Below, one piece after another: positions 46,584 through 56,012 of a stretch of 64,000 bases of DNA (the stretch's first letter is position 1; every line of letters begins with the position of its first letter). The stretch is from Candidatus Heimdallarchaeota archaeon. Lineage in GTDB: Archaea > Asgardarchaeota > Heimdallarchaeia > Hodarchaeales > Hodarchaeaceae. Where the stretch lies: contig JBHLSH010000002.1 in NCBI GenBank assembly GCA_048881705.1, positions 82,109-146,108 on the forward strand. Reading direction: 5' to 3'. The notes under the pieces were generated by a model that was not told the DNA's origin, ran no database searches, and saw nothing but the letters and a program-made list of their open reading frames with translations. Both the position numbers and the translations under genes were made by a program.

Positions 46584-47384
46584 ATGTATGATCTGGTTCT
46601 GGATGCCATAGTTCTCTTTTTCGCGATTCCATTGTCCATGTGGAATCTTAGAACATTTAAAAAAGACAAATGGAATCTCGCGTGGATCATCCCTTGGTCT
46701 TTACTGTTATTTATAGGAATTTCTCTATTTGAAATCTTGCTTTTCATTATGGGGATTATTTTGGGATATCTAACGGATATCATCGGTGTTTTTGGAAAGA
46801 AATGGTGGTATCCTCACTATTCTAATCGTCTATATTCCCTATCAGCGGGTTATGGCTGGGGAATTATCACGTTAATCATATTCAGGCTTTATTTCTATAT
46901 TATAGAAGACTCAGCGAACATAATGAGCTGGATACTCCTAGCAGTTTTTCTATTTCTTTGGATCAGTGCTGAAATAGTTTGGGGTCAACCAAATCTTTCT
47001 AATCCATGGTTGATAATACGGACGGTTCTCACAATCCTTTTCCTCTTAATATCCGATGATATTCTTTTTCTCTTGGTAGCCGCGGCGGGAGCCGTATATC
47101 TTGAGCTGTTGGGAACATCCCTCCGAATCTGGATTTATTATGATAAGGCGCCGTCTTACCTGCATTTAGGGGCGGGATATGCTCAATTGAGCTATGTGTG
47201 TTTTCTGATTGCAAACCTAGTCACAAATAACATCTTTCCCTCCGTTCAACAGATAATAATCCTTCTGATGCTAGTGGTTCTCTATATCATGGATTACTCG
47301 GGAATAAAACTCTCAATATGGGAAAATAGAAAGAAAAAAACGTTGATTAACAAATCGAAGAGTAAGCAACGGAATTTAAATTAG
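46584..47384 (+). CDS. Multi-pass membrane protein with duplicated D/E-x2-G-x4-W-x-Y motif (DUF2878/lycopene-cyclase-like repeat)
   Basis: LTDIIGVFGKKWWY and YLELLGTSLRIWIY in two halves; 11 bp upstream of the UbiA gene. Confidence 0.55.
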   Translation: MYDLVLDAIVLFFAIPLSMWNLRTFKKDKWNLAWIIPWSLLLFIGISLFEILLFIMGIILGYLTDIIGVFGKKWWYPHYSNRLYSLSAGYGWGIITLIIFRLYFYIIEDSANIMSWILLAVFLFLWISAEIVWGQPNLSNPWLIIRTVLTILFLLISDDILFLLVAAAGAVYLELLGTSLRIWIYYDKAPSYLHLGAGYAQLSYVCFLIANLVTNNIFPSVQQIIILLMLVVLYIMDYSGIKLSIWENRKKKTLINKSKSKQRNLN

Positions 47385-47395
47385 GAAGTGACATC

Positions 47396-48247
47396 ATGGA
47401 GAATCTCAAAGCTGTTACTGACTTAGCCCGCCTGAAAGCTAGTATTTTAGTAGGTTTGGCTGTGATTTTAGGCCAGGTTGTGGTTCTAACTGGCCTAGCG
47501 CCATTTGATCAGCTAATTCTTGGATTTTTGGTAGGATTTGTCCTTTCGGCCTCTACAAATACAATTAATGACGTATTTGATCTAGAATTAGATCGTCTCG
47601 AAAAACCTGAGCGACCTCTCCCTCAGGCTGAATTATCCGTGTTTCAAGCAATCTTATTGTTCGCAATTGAAACATTTCTAGCGATTTTATGCAGTCTATT
47701 CCTAAACTTACCCGCGTTTATTCTAACTGTCTTTATAGCGGGTATTTCCTTTATGTACTCGTATAGCCTCAAGAATTATCTTCTTTTCAAAAACACTCTC
47801 ACCGCTTTCGGTGTGGCCTCGGCGTTTCTTGTAGGAGCGTTGAGCATAGGAAGAATACTTCCTCTTGCTGTAATCCTTTTTTTCTTTCAGATTTTTATTA
47901 CGGTGGTCGCATTTGAAGTTCACAAAGACATTGCAGATGTTGAAGGGGACTACTATCTGGGAAAAAAAACTATAGCGACGACGTTCGGAACGCGGAAAGC
48001 GGCTTTTTTAGCTGTTTTTTTGTATTCTGCGGCTTTCCTGTTATTTCAGGGAATTTTAATCCAATCGACGTCTTCTCTAATAGGATGGTTATGGATAGTG
48101 GATGTTTTGGGCACCATAATCGGTTTTTATTTCCTCTTTCCAATTATGAGGGAACAGGATCCGCCCACAATCCATCGGGCCCGAAAAAGGATAATGGCTA
48201 CCTTAGGTATTTTTGTTGTTGCTTCAATTCTCAATTTTCTTGGTTGA
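47396..48247 (+). CDS. UbiA-family prenyltransferase, DGGGP-synthase-like
   Basis: NDVFDLELDRLEKPERPLP and EVHKDIADVEGD..GKKTIA motifs; multiple TM helices. Confidence 0.88.
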   Translation: MENLKAVTDLARLKASILVGLAVILGQVVVLTGLAPFDQLILGFLVGFVLSASTNTINDVFDLELDRLEKPERPLPQAELSVFQAILLFAIETFLAILCSLFLNLPAFILTVFIAGISFMYSYSLKNYLLFKNTLTAFGVASAFLVGALSIGRILPLAVILFFFQIFITVVAFEVHKDIADVEGDYYLGKKTIATTFGTRKAAFLAVFLYSAAFLLFQGILIQSTSSLIGWLWIVDVLGTIIGFYFLFPIMREQDPPTIHRARKRIMATLGIFVVASILNFLG

Positions 48248-48265
48248 AAATACCTGATCGGTTTC

Positions 48266-49462
48266 CTAGAAACTTAAAGGGGCAAACTGAACTAAATCAG
48301 ATACAGTACCGCTAAATTCCTGAAACTGCTCTTGTTCGATTACGATTCCTGGTTTACTGAGCAGCTTGCCAAAACTTTCGTAGAAACGTTTTGAGTATAG
48401 ATTGATCAAATCAGCAATCGTCGGATTTATTTCGGATGTGATAAGATAAAGCACAAAATGATCAGTGGAATGAATATGGATAAGTTTATCTCCAAATGCA
48501 ATGGAGGAAAGGCCTTCACGGCTTTCCAAGGTCTCAGATAGGCTTATATTCAAAGCTGCTAGCATTCCTCCCAATAATACATTCAGATTATCATATGAGG
48601 TTTCCTTATTCACAAAATCAAAGGTGTACAATGTAAGCCCGTCAGGATTCGCAAAAGTCAAAGAATTCAACTTGGCGGACGTGATTGCTAATAAAGAGGG
48701 ATATTTTCTGAATGCAGCCGAAAAAGCAATTCCACCAACCGCTAAAGGTAGTGCAAACGTCAGCGCTAGCTGGAACTGATCAAAGAATGGGATACGTTGA
48801 AGTAGTAATGTAATAAAGCCAAGAATCAAAGAAATGTATGCCACTGGCCACCATCTTGTTGAAAAATCTGTCGGATTCACTTGAAGTTTCTGAATATTCT
48901 GAAGGTTCCGAATATGGCGGAGAGCCACAAGAACCAAAAGAGCAATCAACACAACTAATCCTAGAACCACCAATATATCATAGTCAATGTAGATCGCTCC
49001 GTAACGGAGGTCTTGTGGTGTAACACTTGGAGTTGTCTGCGCAGAAAGCCAAAAGAAATCTAAGGTGGTGAAAATGGCTCCCGCAGAAAACCCAGCCAAG
49101 CCGCCAATGAATATTTGAGTAGCGGACCATTGTCGTGAGGGATCACGAGGTTGCAAATTCCAAAGTCCAATTGCAAAGGTCCCTATTCCAATCGCCCCTA
49201 TGCTAAATGTGAACTTATAGAATAGGACAAGAGTTTGGTGCATCTCTTCTGCCATTCCGAGTAATCTTAGTCCTACAATCAACACAACCGTCAGGATAGG
49301 GAGCGTTGCCAAAAAAAATCCCCAGGTGAAGAAACGGAGACCAGCAAAAGGATATTTGCGGTACAACTGATATTGTTGAAAGGATGAAATAAGAAAAGCC
49401 GTTACACATATTATCCCTGTCAATAAATCTATCCATAATGCCAATATTTCAAAATTCGCCAT
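48266..49462 (-). CDS. Seven-TM membrane protein with C-terminal longin-like domain
   Basis: Seven hydrophobic segments, then LTFANPDGLTLYTFDF..LLGGMLAALNISLSETL..LSSIAFGDKLIHI..FVLYLIT..RFYESFG..FQEF. Confidence 0.72.
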   Translation of the reverse strand: MANFEILALWIDLLTGIICVTAFLISSFQQYQLYRKYPFAGLRFFTWGFFLATLPILTVVLIVGLRLLGMAEEMHQTLVLFYKFTFSIGAIGIGTFAIGLWNLQPRDPSRQWSATQIFIGGLAGFSAGAIFTTLDFFWLSAQTTPSVTPQDLRYGAIYIDYDILVVLGLVVLIALLVLVALRHIRNLQNIQKLQVNPTDFSTRWWPVAYISLILGFITLLLQRIPFFDQFQLALTFALPLAVGGIAFSAAFRKYPSLLAITSAKLNSLTFANPDGLTLYTFDFVNKETSYDNLNVLLGGMLAALNISLSETLESREGLSSIAFGDKLIHIHSTDHFVLYLITSEINPTIADLINLYSKRFYESFGKLLSKPGIVIEQEQFQEFSGTVSDLVQFAPLSF

Positions 49463-49826
49463 TTTTACTACCTAAATGCATTTATTAATTCCAAAGAAGT
49501 GCTAAACCATCCATTGCTCTGCTAACTTCAGTTAAGCACAATATCCTTCTCAGAAAATCGCCATGATTATACTTATTTAGAATGCTTCAACTATCGTAAT
49601 CTCTTATTGCGTTAGAGAGAAAAAAACGGGGAAAGCACCCTTAAGTTGTACACAAAGAATTTCTTACTAGCTTTTCTTAAATTTGTATCCTTTCATTTAA
49701 CTTCACCAACAGAAATTTCAATGAATCAATATGAATTACAGTCAGTACTATTACTTTATTATATAGGGTCAATAAACTTCAGGAGAATTTGCGTTCTTCC
49801 TCACAGTAGCGAGACTCCGAAGAGGC

Positions 49827-50963
49827 ATGGTATCACTGATGACACAGACGATTCGCATTGCAGGGGCGGGAATTTCAGGCCTTTCTGCCGCCATCTCGAT
49901 CGCACAAGGAGACAATGGGCGACATATCGAAGTTAGAGACAAGGCTAGTTCCTATCATGCCAAACAAGCACGCGGGATAAATGCCCTTCGAAACTATCAA
50001 TCTAAAACGGACATTCTTGAGGAATATCGCCAATTGGGATTCAAATTTCATACAGGAAACGTCTTTCATCCTATTCATAATCAGATCTATTTTATAGATA
50101 CCAATCATTATTTTGATGTTACCTCAGACGAGAAGCCGCTTTTCTACTCAGTTGCACGAGGTACGGAAGAAAGCATAGATGCCTTGCTCGTGGAACAAGC
50201 GGAAGGGCATGGGATTGATATTCGATGGGGGTTAACTTTCGATGGCGAAACCCCAGAAATTCTCGCCACGGGAGCAAAATATAGCCACTGTTTTGGATAT
50301 GGACAGCACTTCGTGGATGTCAAGGAAACCGATACTATCGTAATCCTCCAAAATTCCAAATACAGTCCCTTCGGGTATGCGTGTTATCTACCGTCAGCGA
50401 AACACGAGGCATCCGTAATACTAGGATCATTTCATCCTTCTCATCCATCTTCCAAAGACACTAAACAAAACTATCATCGAATTATTACTGAAATCCCACT
50501 GTTTAGTGATTATCTTGAAGGTGCTTCAGTAATACATACGTTATCTGGAAAGGGTAATTTCGGAATACCCAGTTCTGCGATCCAAGGAAAATCTCTCTTG
50601 GTTGGAGAACGTGCAGGGTTCTTAGAAGCCTTTAGAGGATTTGGCATCCACACTGCCCTTCTATCGGGATATGCAGCTGGTAAGGCCCTAGTAAATGGCA
50701 AAAATTATGATGACCAGTGGCAATTACTGCTCAACAAGATTCTTCACCGTGGGCTTTTACGGCGGATGGCGGAGAATGAACTAAACATTGGTTCAGAAGA
50801 TATAATGAGAAAGTTAGCATCTCAACTTCCCCGCAAAATTAGCTACGACGTATTTCGTCGTGCTTTGCGGGAACAGGAAAAAAAGATGCTCGGAAATCTT
50901 GACCCGCATAAGTTAGCCCTACTAACTCAAGCTGTCGAGCAATGGAACCGTGAGTATTGGTAG
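49827..50963 (+). CDS. FAD-dependent oxidoreductase of the GGR/FixC-like (COG0644) group
   Basis: IAGAGISGLSAA, SPFGYAC, LLVGERAGF..GFGIHTALLSGYAA. Confidence 0.78.
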   Translation: MVSLMTQTIRIAGAGISGLSAAISIAQGDNGRHIEVRDKASSYHAKQARGINALRNYQSKTDILEEYRQLGFKFHTGNVFHPIHNQIYFIDTNHYFDVTSDEKPLFYSVARGTEESIDALLVEQAEGHGIDIRWGLTFDGETPEILATGAKYSHCFGYGQHFVDVKETDTIVILQNSKYSPFGYACYLPSAKHEASVILGSFHPSHPSSKDTKQNYHRIITEIPLFSDYLEGASVIHTLSGKGNFGIPSSAIQGKSLLVGERAGFLEAFRGFGIHTALLSGYAAGKALVNGKNYDDQWQLLLNKILHRGLLRRMAENELNIGSEDIMRKLASQLPRKISYDVFRRALREQEKKMLGNLDPHKLALLTQAVEQWNREYW

Positions 50964-51074
50964 TTTGCTTTTCATTTCACTAATTCCTTAATTTCAAAAT
51001 TCATTAAAGGGAGGTTAGTAAGGAACTCCTAGATACTAGGTTATTATGATTACCCGGTTTTACTGGTGATATAA

Positions 51075-54000
51075 TTGTCATTCGTCCTTGACCCTCCCAC
51101 ACTATTTGTTATCGGTATGATTCTTGCAGTATTGAATAAGAAATTCCTCCCCGCACAGTTAACAAGGATATTAGGGTTTCTTGTGGTCTTAATATTCTGG
51201 TGGGCTAGTATTGGCCTGTATCTAGACCTTTTCATGTGGCCTTTCAACTTGTTCGATTGGACGCCACCGAAGTTGTTTGAACCTATCGGTGGAAAACAGT
51301 GGATGCTTCACACGGATCTGACTGGGATAACAGATATCCCGACCATATTAGCAGCTCTTATTTTCGCCCTATATCCCTTATTCCTTTGGTTAGGTTATGA
51401 GATCACGCGGGGAATAATCGATCCTCATTCTATTCGAATCGTATCGAAACGAGTGTACGGTACGGATGATGTACGCTCACGACTTCGCGCGAGGCAAAAG
51501 AATGCTCCAGTTCTCTTATCGACCGTAAGAAATCCTGACCCTAAAAAAGCGGTACGAGAAGCGGTGAGGTTGGTGGGTGGAATTATTAAATTTATTAAAC
51601 CTGGTGATCATGTAGTCATTAAACCAAATATTAGTGGGGGTAATCCCGAGGTACCAGGATCCTATACATCAATTGAAGTTGTTGATGTCTTGATTGATAT
51701 GATTCGTGAAGTGGGGGGAATTCCGACAGCTGTCGTCGATTCTGATATGGTCTGGACCGATTTTGAGGATGTAGCAAGAGCAGAGGGGTGGATGGAATGG
51801 AGTAAACACAAGGACATTCCTCTGATTAATTTAAGAAAGACAGACTGTGTTCGATTCGATTTCGGAAAACAATCAAAGATTGGTATTTCTGTTGTTTCTA
51901 AATTGATGCTTGACGCAGATGTAATTGTTTCTATTCCTAGTATGAAGACTCACTTGCTAACAGGCGTAACCTTAGGAATGAAGAATTTCTATGGAACCCT
52001 TCCCGAGGGGGATAAAGCAAAATATCATAAAACTGGAATAGAGGACGTTATTGTAGATATGAATATAGCCTTCCCTCCCACATTAACCATTATTGATGGA
52101 AGTGTTGGAGGCGAAGCAATAGGACCATTAACGTGCCGTCCAGTAAATTTTCAGACGGTAATCGTATCTAACGATGTAGTTACCGCTGATGCTTTGGCTG
52201 CATTCATGATGGGATTCGACCCCGTAAATGAGATCGAACACATCAAAAAGGCACATCACCTTGGTCTCGGAAACGCGAGCGTTACCTTTGATTGGAGTTC
52301 ATTTCCGTATCCACACAAAAAGGACGGTAATTGGATTAGGACTGATCCACAGGTAAGTCAATTCTATAATGAAGCTATCGAATTGGCGCTAGAAATTCCA
52401 ACAATGAAAAAGTTCATGAATGCGGCCTCTGATTTTCTTTTATACGATACTGCCACGCTTCCCGTCTTTAAAAATGTAACACCGGCCGTTCTCGGTGTCG
52501 TGGGAGACATCATTTCAGGTGTTTTCAACATATGGGGTAAGATGCGGGGGGGAAGGAAAAAAACCCGAATCGCCAGTAAAATCGAGGAAAAGTTGTATCC
52601 CCAACGAATTACAGGAGAAGCTTGGCCAAGCAAGAAACTTCAGGACACTTTATTGGCCATACGGGGTACGACAGAATTTCAACACAATCCAACAATGGAA
52701 AACGCTATTGATCTCACCCCGACTCAACCAAAAGAAGCTAGTGAGCTGGGGCAGACTTTCAATCCAGAAATCCTCCTTGAGGGTGTAGAGCTTCGTAGTG
52801 AGGCCAACACATTTAGTGGGATGATGTATCGAGTTCTTGAAAATCCTCAGAACCTGAATGAACGTTGTATTCAATATATATATACATGGACGTCGCAAAA
52901 ATGGTTTTGGAGCAATTGGTATAACATATTGGTTCCATTTTTCTTGGCCGCTCTTGGAATCATCATCTTCACTCAAACTGCCGAGGAAAGCTGGTTTTGG
53001 ACCGAATTAACCATAGGATTCACGGTCGGATTTCTCCTCCTTGCGGGACTCTGGCGGGTTTTGAGAACAATTCGCGGATGGAGGCAGACAGGGAAATTTA
53101 AATATATTTACCGCCATCAATTCATCCTAATCCCGTATGCTGCCCTTTTCTCTGTAATCCTGGTTGAACTGCCTTCCAAGTGGGCAGGAACAACATATCT
53201 ACCTCCCATTCCAACAGGAGACCCCCTAATCGGAACGATCTATATTCCTGCTGTTTCTTTGGTTTTCATTGTAATCCCAATATTGGTGCTTTTAATCAAA
53301 CTCCAACCATTCTTCTCCATATTCGCACATAAGATCGATTATGCGCCTGCTTTTGTTTATATCAAGAAAGAAAACGAGCATTGGGTATTTGATAAGGTTA
53401 GATATGATAAGTTCCACCATGATGTTGCAACTAGACGAAGAAAGGAGCTAGGCGGGAAATTACGTGATAATCAGCACGTCAAACTGGCCATACCTGATAG
53501 TTGGCATTCCATGGGACCTACAAGAGGATTTGGGAGATTTTGGTCAGCATTCGGATTTCTAGGCTTTCTAGCCTGCTACGCGATTCTTTTAATTGCGAGA
53601 ATTCAATATCCATCACTCGTTGAAGGAATGGATCTCGTTGGAACTTTAGTCGCTATTAGTCTTCTGTTTGCATACATCTTTTTTACGAAATATCAGAGTA
53701 GACTTCATAAAATGTCCTCAGAAGACTTTATGGACAAGAAGTACAGTCTGAGTCAAGAAAAGTTAGCAATCTTATGGAACCTAGCTGATCCCGACCCTGC
53801 CTTAAAGATCAGACAGAAAATGCAGGACCCGTTCAATGCTAGTTCTTCGTTCTGGGAGAGTTTTTTCGATATGAAAGAGGAGCATATCGTCCAGGATGAA
53901 CTTAACGCGGTTCGAACTCGCACGGGAAGACTTCTTAGCTTTGGTTTTGGAGTTATAACTGTTTTGTTGGCATGGGGAGGCTTTTATTTAGCTGGTTTTT

Positions 54001-54731
54001 GGGATCATTCCTGGACGATGCTTCAAACCCCCGAATATGGTTGGACATTGGCGTTTTTGATTGGTTTCTTCCTGGCTTCCTTGGGATATTTGATTGCATC
54101 CTCGAAACTCCCCTTTAGATCGTTTTTCATTATGTATGTGCTTGTGGTCTTCTGGGCTTGGGGTGAGGAGGGCATTTTCACCACAATAAATTTCTGGAAT
54201 TACTTGGATGGGGATCCCCTCCGTTTGCTATTCATCGTCTTTGGTTGGCCATTTGTTTTCCTCCTGGTCATCGGAATGTCAAATTGGATCTTGAAGTACA
54301 TTCAGCTATCAGATAGCACCGGCGGCATCATTACTAGGATAAAAAACGTCGTTCCTGTTTTATTTCTTATAGGATTATTTGGTGTCTTATCTGTATCAGA
54401 AAACATATTGGATGCGCTTTTAGCCCTGGACCAGACGTATATGTTATTGGTTAGTGGGATAATCGGCCTTTTGATTATTTTCACCCTGTTATTTGGTATA
54501 ACACATACTTTCAAACAGAACATAGTTTTAACAATCATGGCTATGTTTGCAGGAGCGACTCTCGAGATTATAGGTCAGTTGGCCGGGTATTGGACATATG
54601 CTGCCATTTTCCTGACTGGTCCTTATACTATAGTCGTTCCAAACTTCCTCATCATAATATGGGCATTTCGTGTGTTTTCAATTCTCTTTCTTACCCAAAT
54701 CCTCCGCCAGCATATCATCAGGTCAAGCTAG
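51075..54731 (+). CDS. 1218-aa membrane protein: N-terminal TMs, DUF362 domain, TM-interrupted NPP1/Vps62-like segment, C-terminal multi-TM repeat
   Basis: DUF362 motifs VVIKPN, SIPSMKTH..GVTLGMKNFYG, TIIDGSVGGE, DVVTADA (about 51508-52275). The remaining domains are pattern inference. Confidence 0.75.
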   Translation: MSFVLDPPTLFVIGMILAVLNKKFLPAQLTRILGFLVVLIFWWASIGLYLDLFMWPFNLFDWTPPKLFEPIGGKQWMLHTDLTGITDIPTILAALIFALYPLFLWLGYEITRGIIDPHSIRIVSKRVYGTDDVRSRLRARQKNAPVLLSTVRNPDPKKAVREAVRLVGGIIKFIKPGDHVVIKPNISGGNPEVPGSYTSIEVVDVLIDMIREVGGIPTAVVDSDMVWTDFEDVARAEGWMEWSKHKDIPLINLRKTDCVRFDFGKQSKIGISVVSKLMLDADVIVSIPSMKTHLLTGVTLGMKNFYGTLPEGDKAKYHKTGIEDVIVDMNIAFPPTLTIIDGSVGGEAIGPLTCRPVNFQTVIVSNDVVTADALAAFMMGFDPVNEIEHIKKAHHLGLGNASVTFDWSSFPYPHKKDGNWIRTDPQVSQFYNEAIELALEIPTMKKFMNAASDFLLYDTATLPVFKNVTPAVLGVVGDIISGVFNIWGKMRGGRKKTRIASKIEEKLYPQRITGEAWPSKKLQDTLLAIRGTTEFQHNPTMENAIDLTPTQPKEASELGQTFNPEILLEGVELRSEANTFSGMMYRVLENPQNLNERCIQYIYTWTSQKWFWSNWYNILVPFFLAALGIIIFTQTAEESWFWTELTIGFTVGFLLLAGLWRVLRTIRGWRQTGKFKYIYRHQFILIPYAALFSVILVELPSKWAGTTYLPPIPTGDPLIGTIYIPAVSLVFIVIPILVLLIKLQPFFSIFAHKIDYAPAFVYIKKENEHWVFDKVRYDKFHHDVATRRRKELGGKLRDNQHVKLAIPDSWHSMGPTRGFGRFWSAFGFLGFLACYAILLIARIQYPSLVEGMDLVGTLVAISLLFAYIFFTKYQSRLHKMSSEDFMDKKYSLSQEKLAILWNLADPDPALKIRQKMQDPFNASSSFWESFFDMKEEHIVQDELNAVRTRTGRLLSFGFGVITVLLAWGGFYLAGFWDHSWTMLQTPEYGWTLAFLIGFFLASLGYLIASSKLPFRSFFIMYVLVVFWAWGEEGIFTTINFWNYLDGDPLRLLFIVFGWPFVFLLVIGMSNWILKYIQLSDSTGGIITRIKNVVPVLFLIGLFGVLSVSENILDALLALDQTYMLLVSGIIGLLIIFTLLFGITHTFKQNIVLTIMAMFAGATLEIIGQLAGYWTYAAIFLTGPYTIVVPNFLIIIWAFRVFSILFLTQILRQHIIRSS

Positions 54732-54764
54732 GATAATCTTCATGTGACCTACCCTTAGAGGCCT

Positions 54765-54778
54765 TTTTTTCGAAAAAA
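54765..54778. terminator. Palindromic oligo-T/oligo-A tract TTTTTTCGAAAAAA, probable terminator
   Basis: About 33 bp after the stop of 51075-54731; T7 run typical of archaeal terminators. Confidence 0.4.
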
Positions 54779-55299
54779 GCCCAGTACTTTAAGAAACCAT
54801 TCAGTGACCCAGTTACTCTCTTGAAAGAAATAATATTGGGCCCCTATAGGATTTACCCTCTCATTTGACCATTTGTACAAAGCAAAGGTTTAAAAACTTC
54901 CTATGGGTTACAATCTTGCCATTCCAAAGAAGGATTGAAATGGAATCGAGGGTGGAAGGGAGGACCTGAGGGTTGGAGGGAAGGAGGCGTCGGCGGGGGG
55001 TGTTTTTCTTTTTTTCCAACATGATATCCAGAGCTCATGATCGATTTACGAAATTCATAGCAGTTTTTCTCCAAAATGACGAGTGCAGATGAGCTTAAAT
55101 ATGGCAATTTTCTAACCAAAATCGATCAATAACTAGCAAAGTTTATCGAAACATTTTTAGACCCCTTTTTTGATTTTGCAACAAGAGAGCCTGTAGAGGC
55201 AAGTTCATTTGATGAAAATTTTCTTGTAGGAACTCTTGTAAATGAGCATATGAGAGACATTATCAGATCGGTTTCACGCGGGAAAAATCTCACAAAATT

Positions 55300-55893
55300 G
55301 TGTCGGTAATCAGACACATTGGGGTCGAAATATTGACATATAGCTATTTTGAACTAGCTTCTGTTTTAAAACAGTTACTAGGGTGGACTTCTGAGCAAGC
55401 CCAAGAGGGAGCACGTTTAATTGATGAATTGACTCCTGATGAAGTTTTAGCGAGTTTAAAAGCGGTGTCAAAGCTTCAAACTTCAAAACCAACAGTAGGA
55501 AGACCGAAATCTTATGCACTAGCATGGATTTTACTCCAAAATAATCTTGTAACGCTCGAAGAGTTCGAAACGCTTGTACATCGGCAGTTGGTAGATCAAG
55601 AAATCAAGCGTGATACCTTTTATCGGGCGATGAGAAACGCAAGGAAATTTATTAGTCAGCGAGATCAGCTTAGAAGGGAAAGCGAGAAGCTGACCAGTTA
55701 CGAAAGCATCTGGATTTCATTTCAAGCCAATCGTCTTTCTCCAGAGCAGTTCAAACTTAAAATGTTGGAATTATATAATAATGGAGTAATTGCGGAGGAA
55801 AAGTACCGACATGCCCTAGTTGAGATTGAAAAAATCATAGCCATCCAAAAACGTATGATTGAGCATCAAATCGAAGAAATACGGAAAAAATGA
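55300..55893 (+). CDS. Hypothetical helical, possibly DNA-binding protein
   Basis: 197-aa ORF with a GRPKS motif, basic RDTFYRAMRNARK helix and coiled-coil C-terminus; start uncertain. Confidence 0.55.
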   Translation: MSVIRHIGVEILTYSYFELASVLKQLLGWTSEQAQEGARLIDELTPDEVLASLKAVSKLQTSKPTVGRPKSYALAWILLQNNLVTLEEFETLVHRQLVDQEIKRDTFYRAMRNARKFISQRDQLRRESEKLTSYESIWISFQANRLSPEQFKLKMLELYNNGVIAEEKYRHALVEIEKIIAIQKRMIEHQIEEIRKK

Positions 55894-56012
55894 GAGTTTA
55901 GGGTATCTACTTTTACGGGAGAAGGGTACGGCCAAACCGATCCAGAAGTTCCCAATGGTTTTTAGATCTATTACAAAAGACGGGCATTTCAATGGAATTT
56001 CGGTGAATAACA

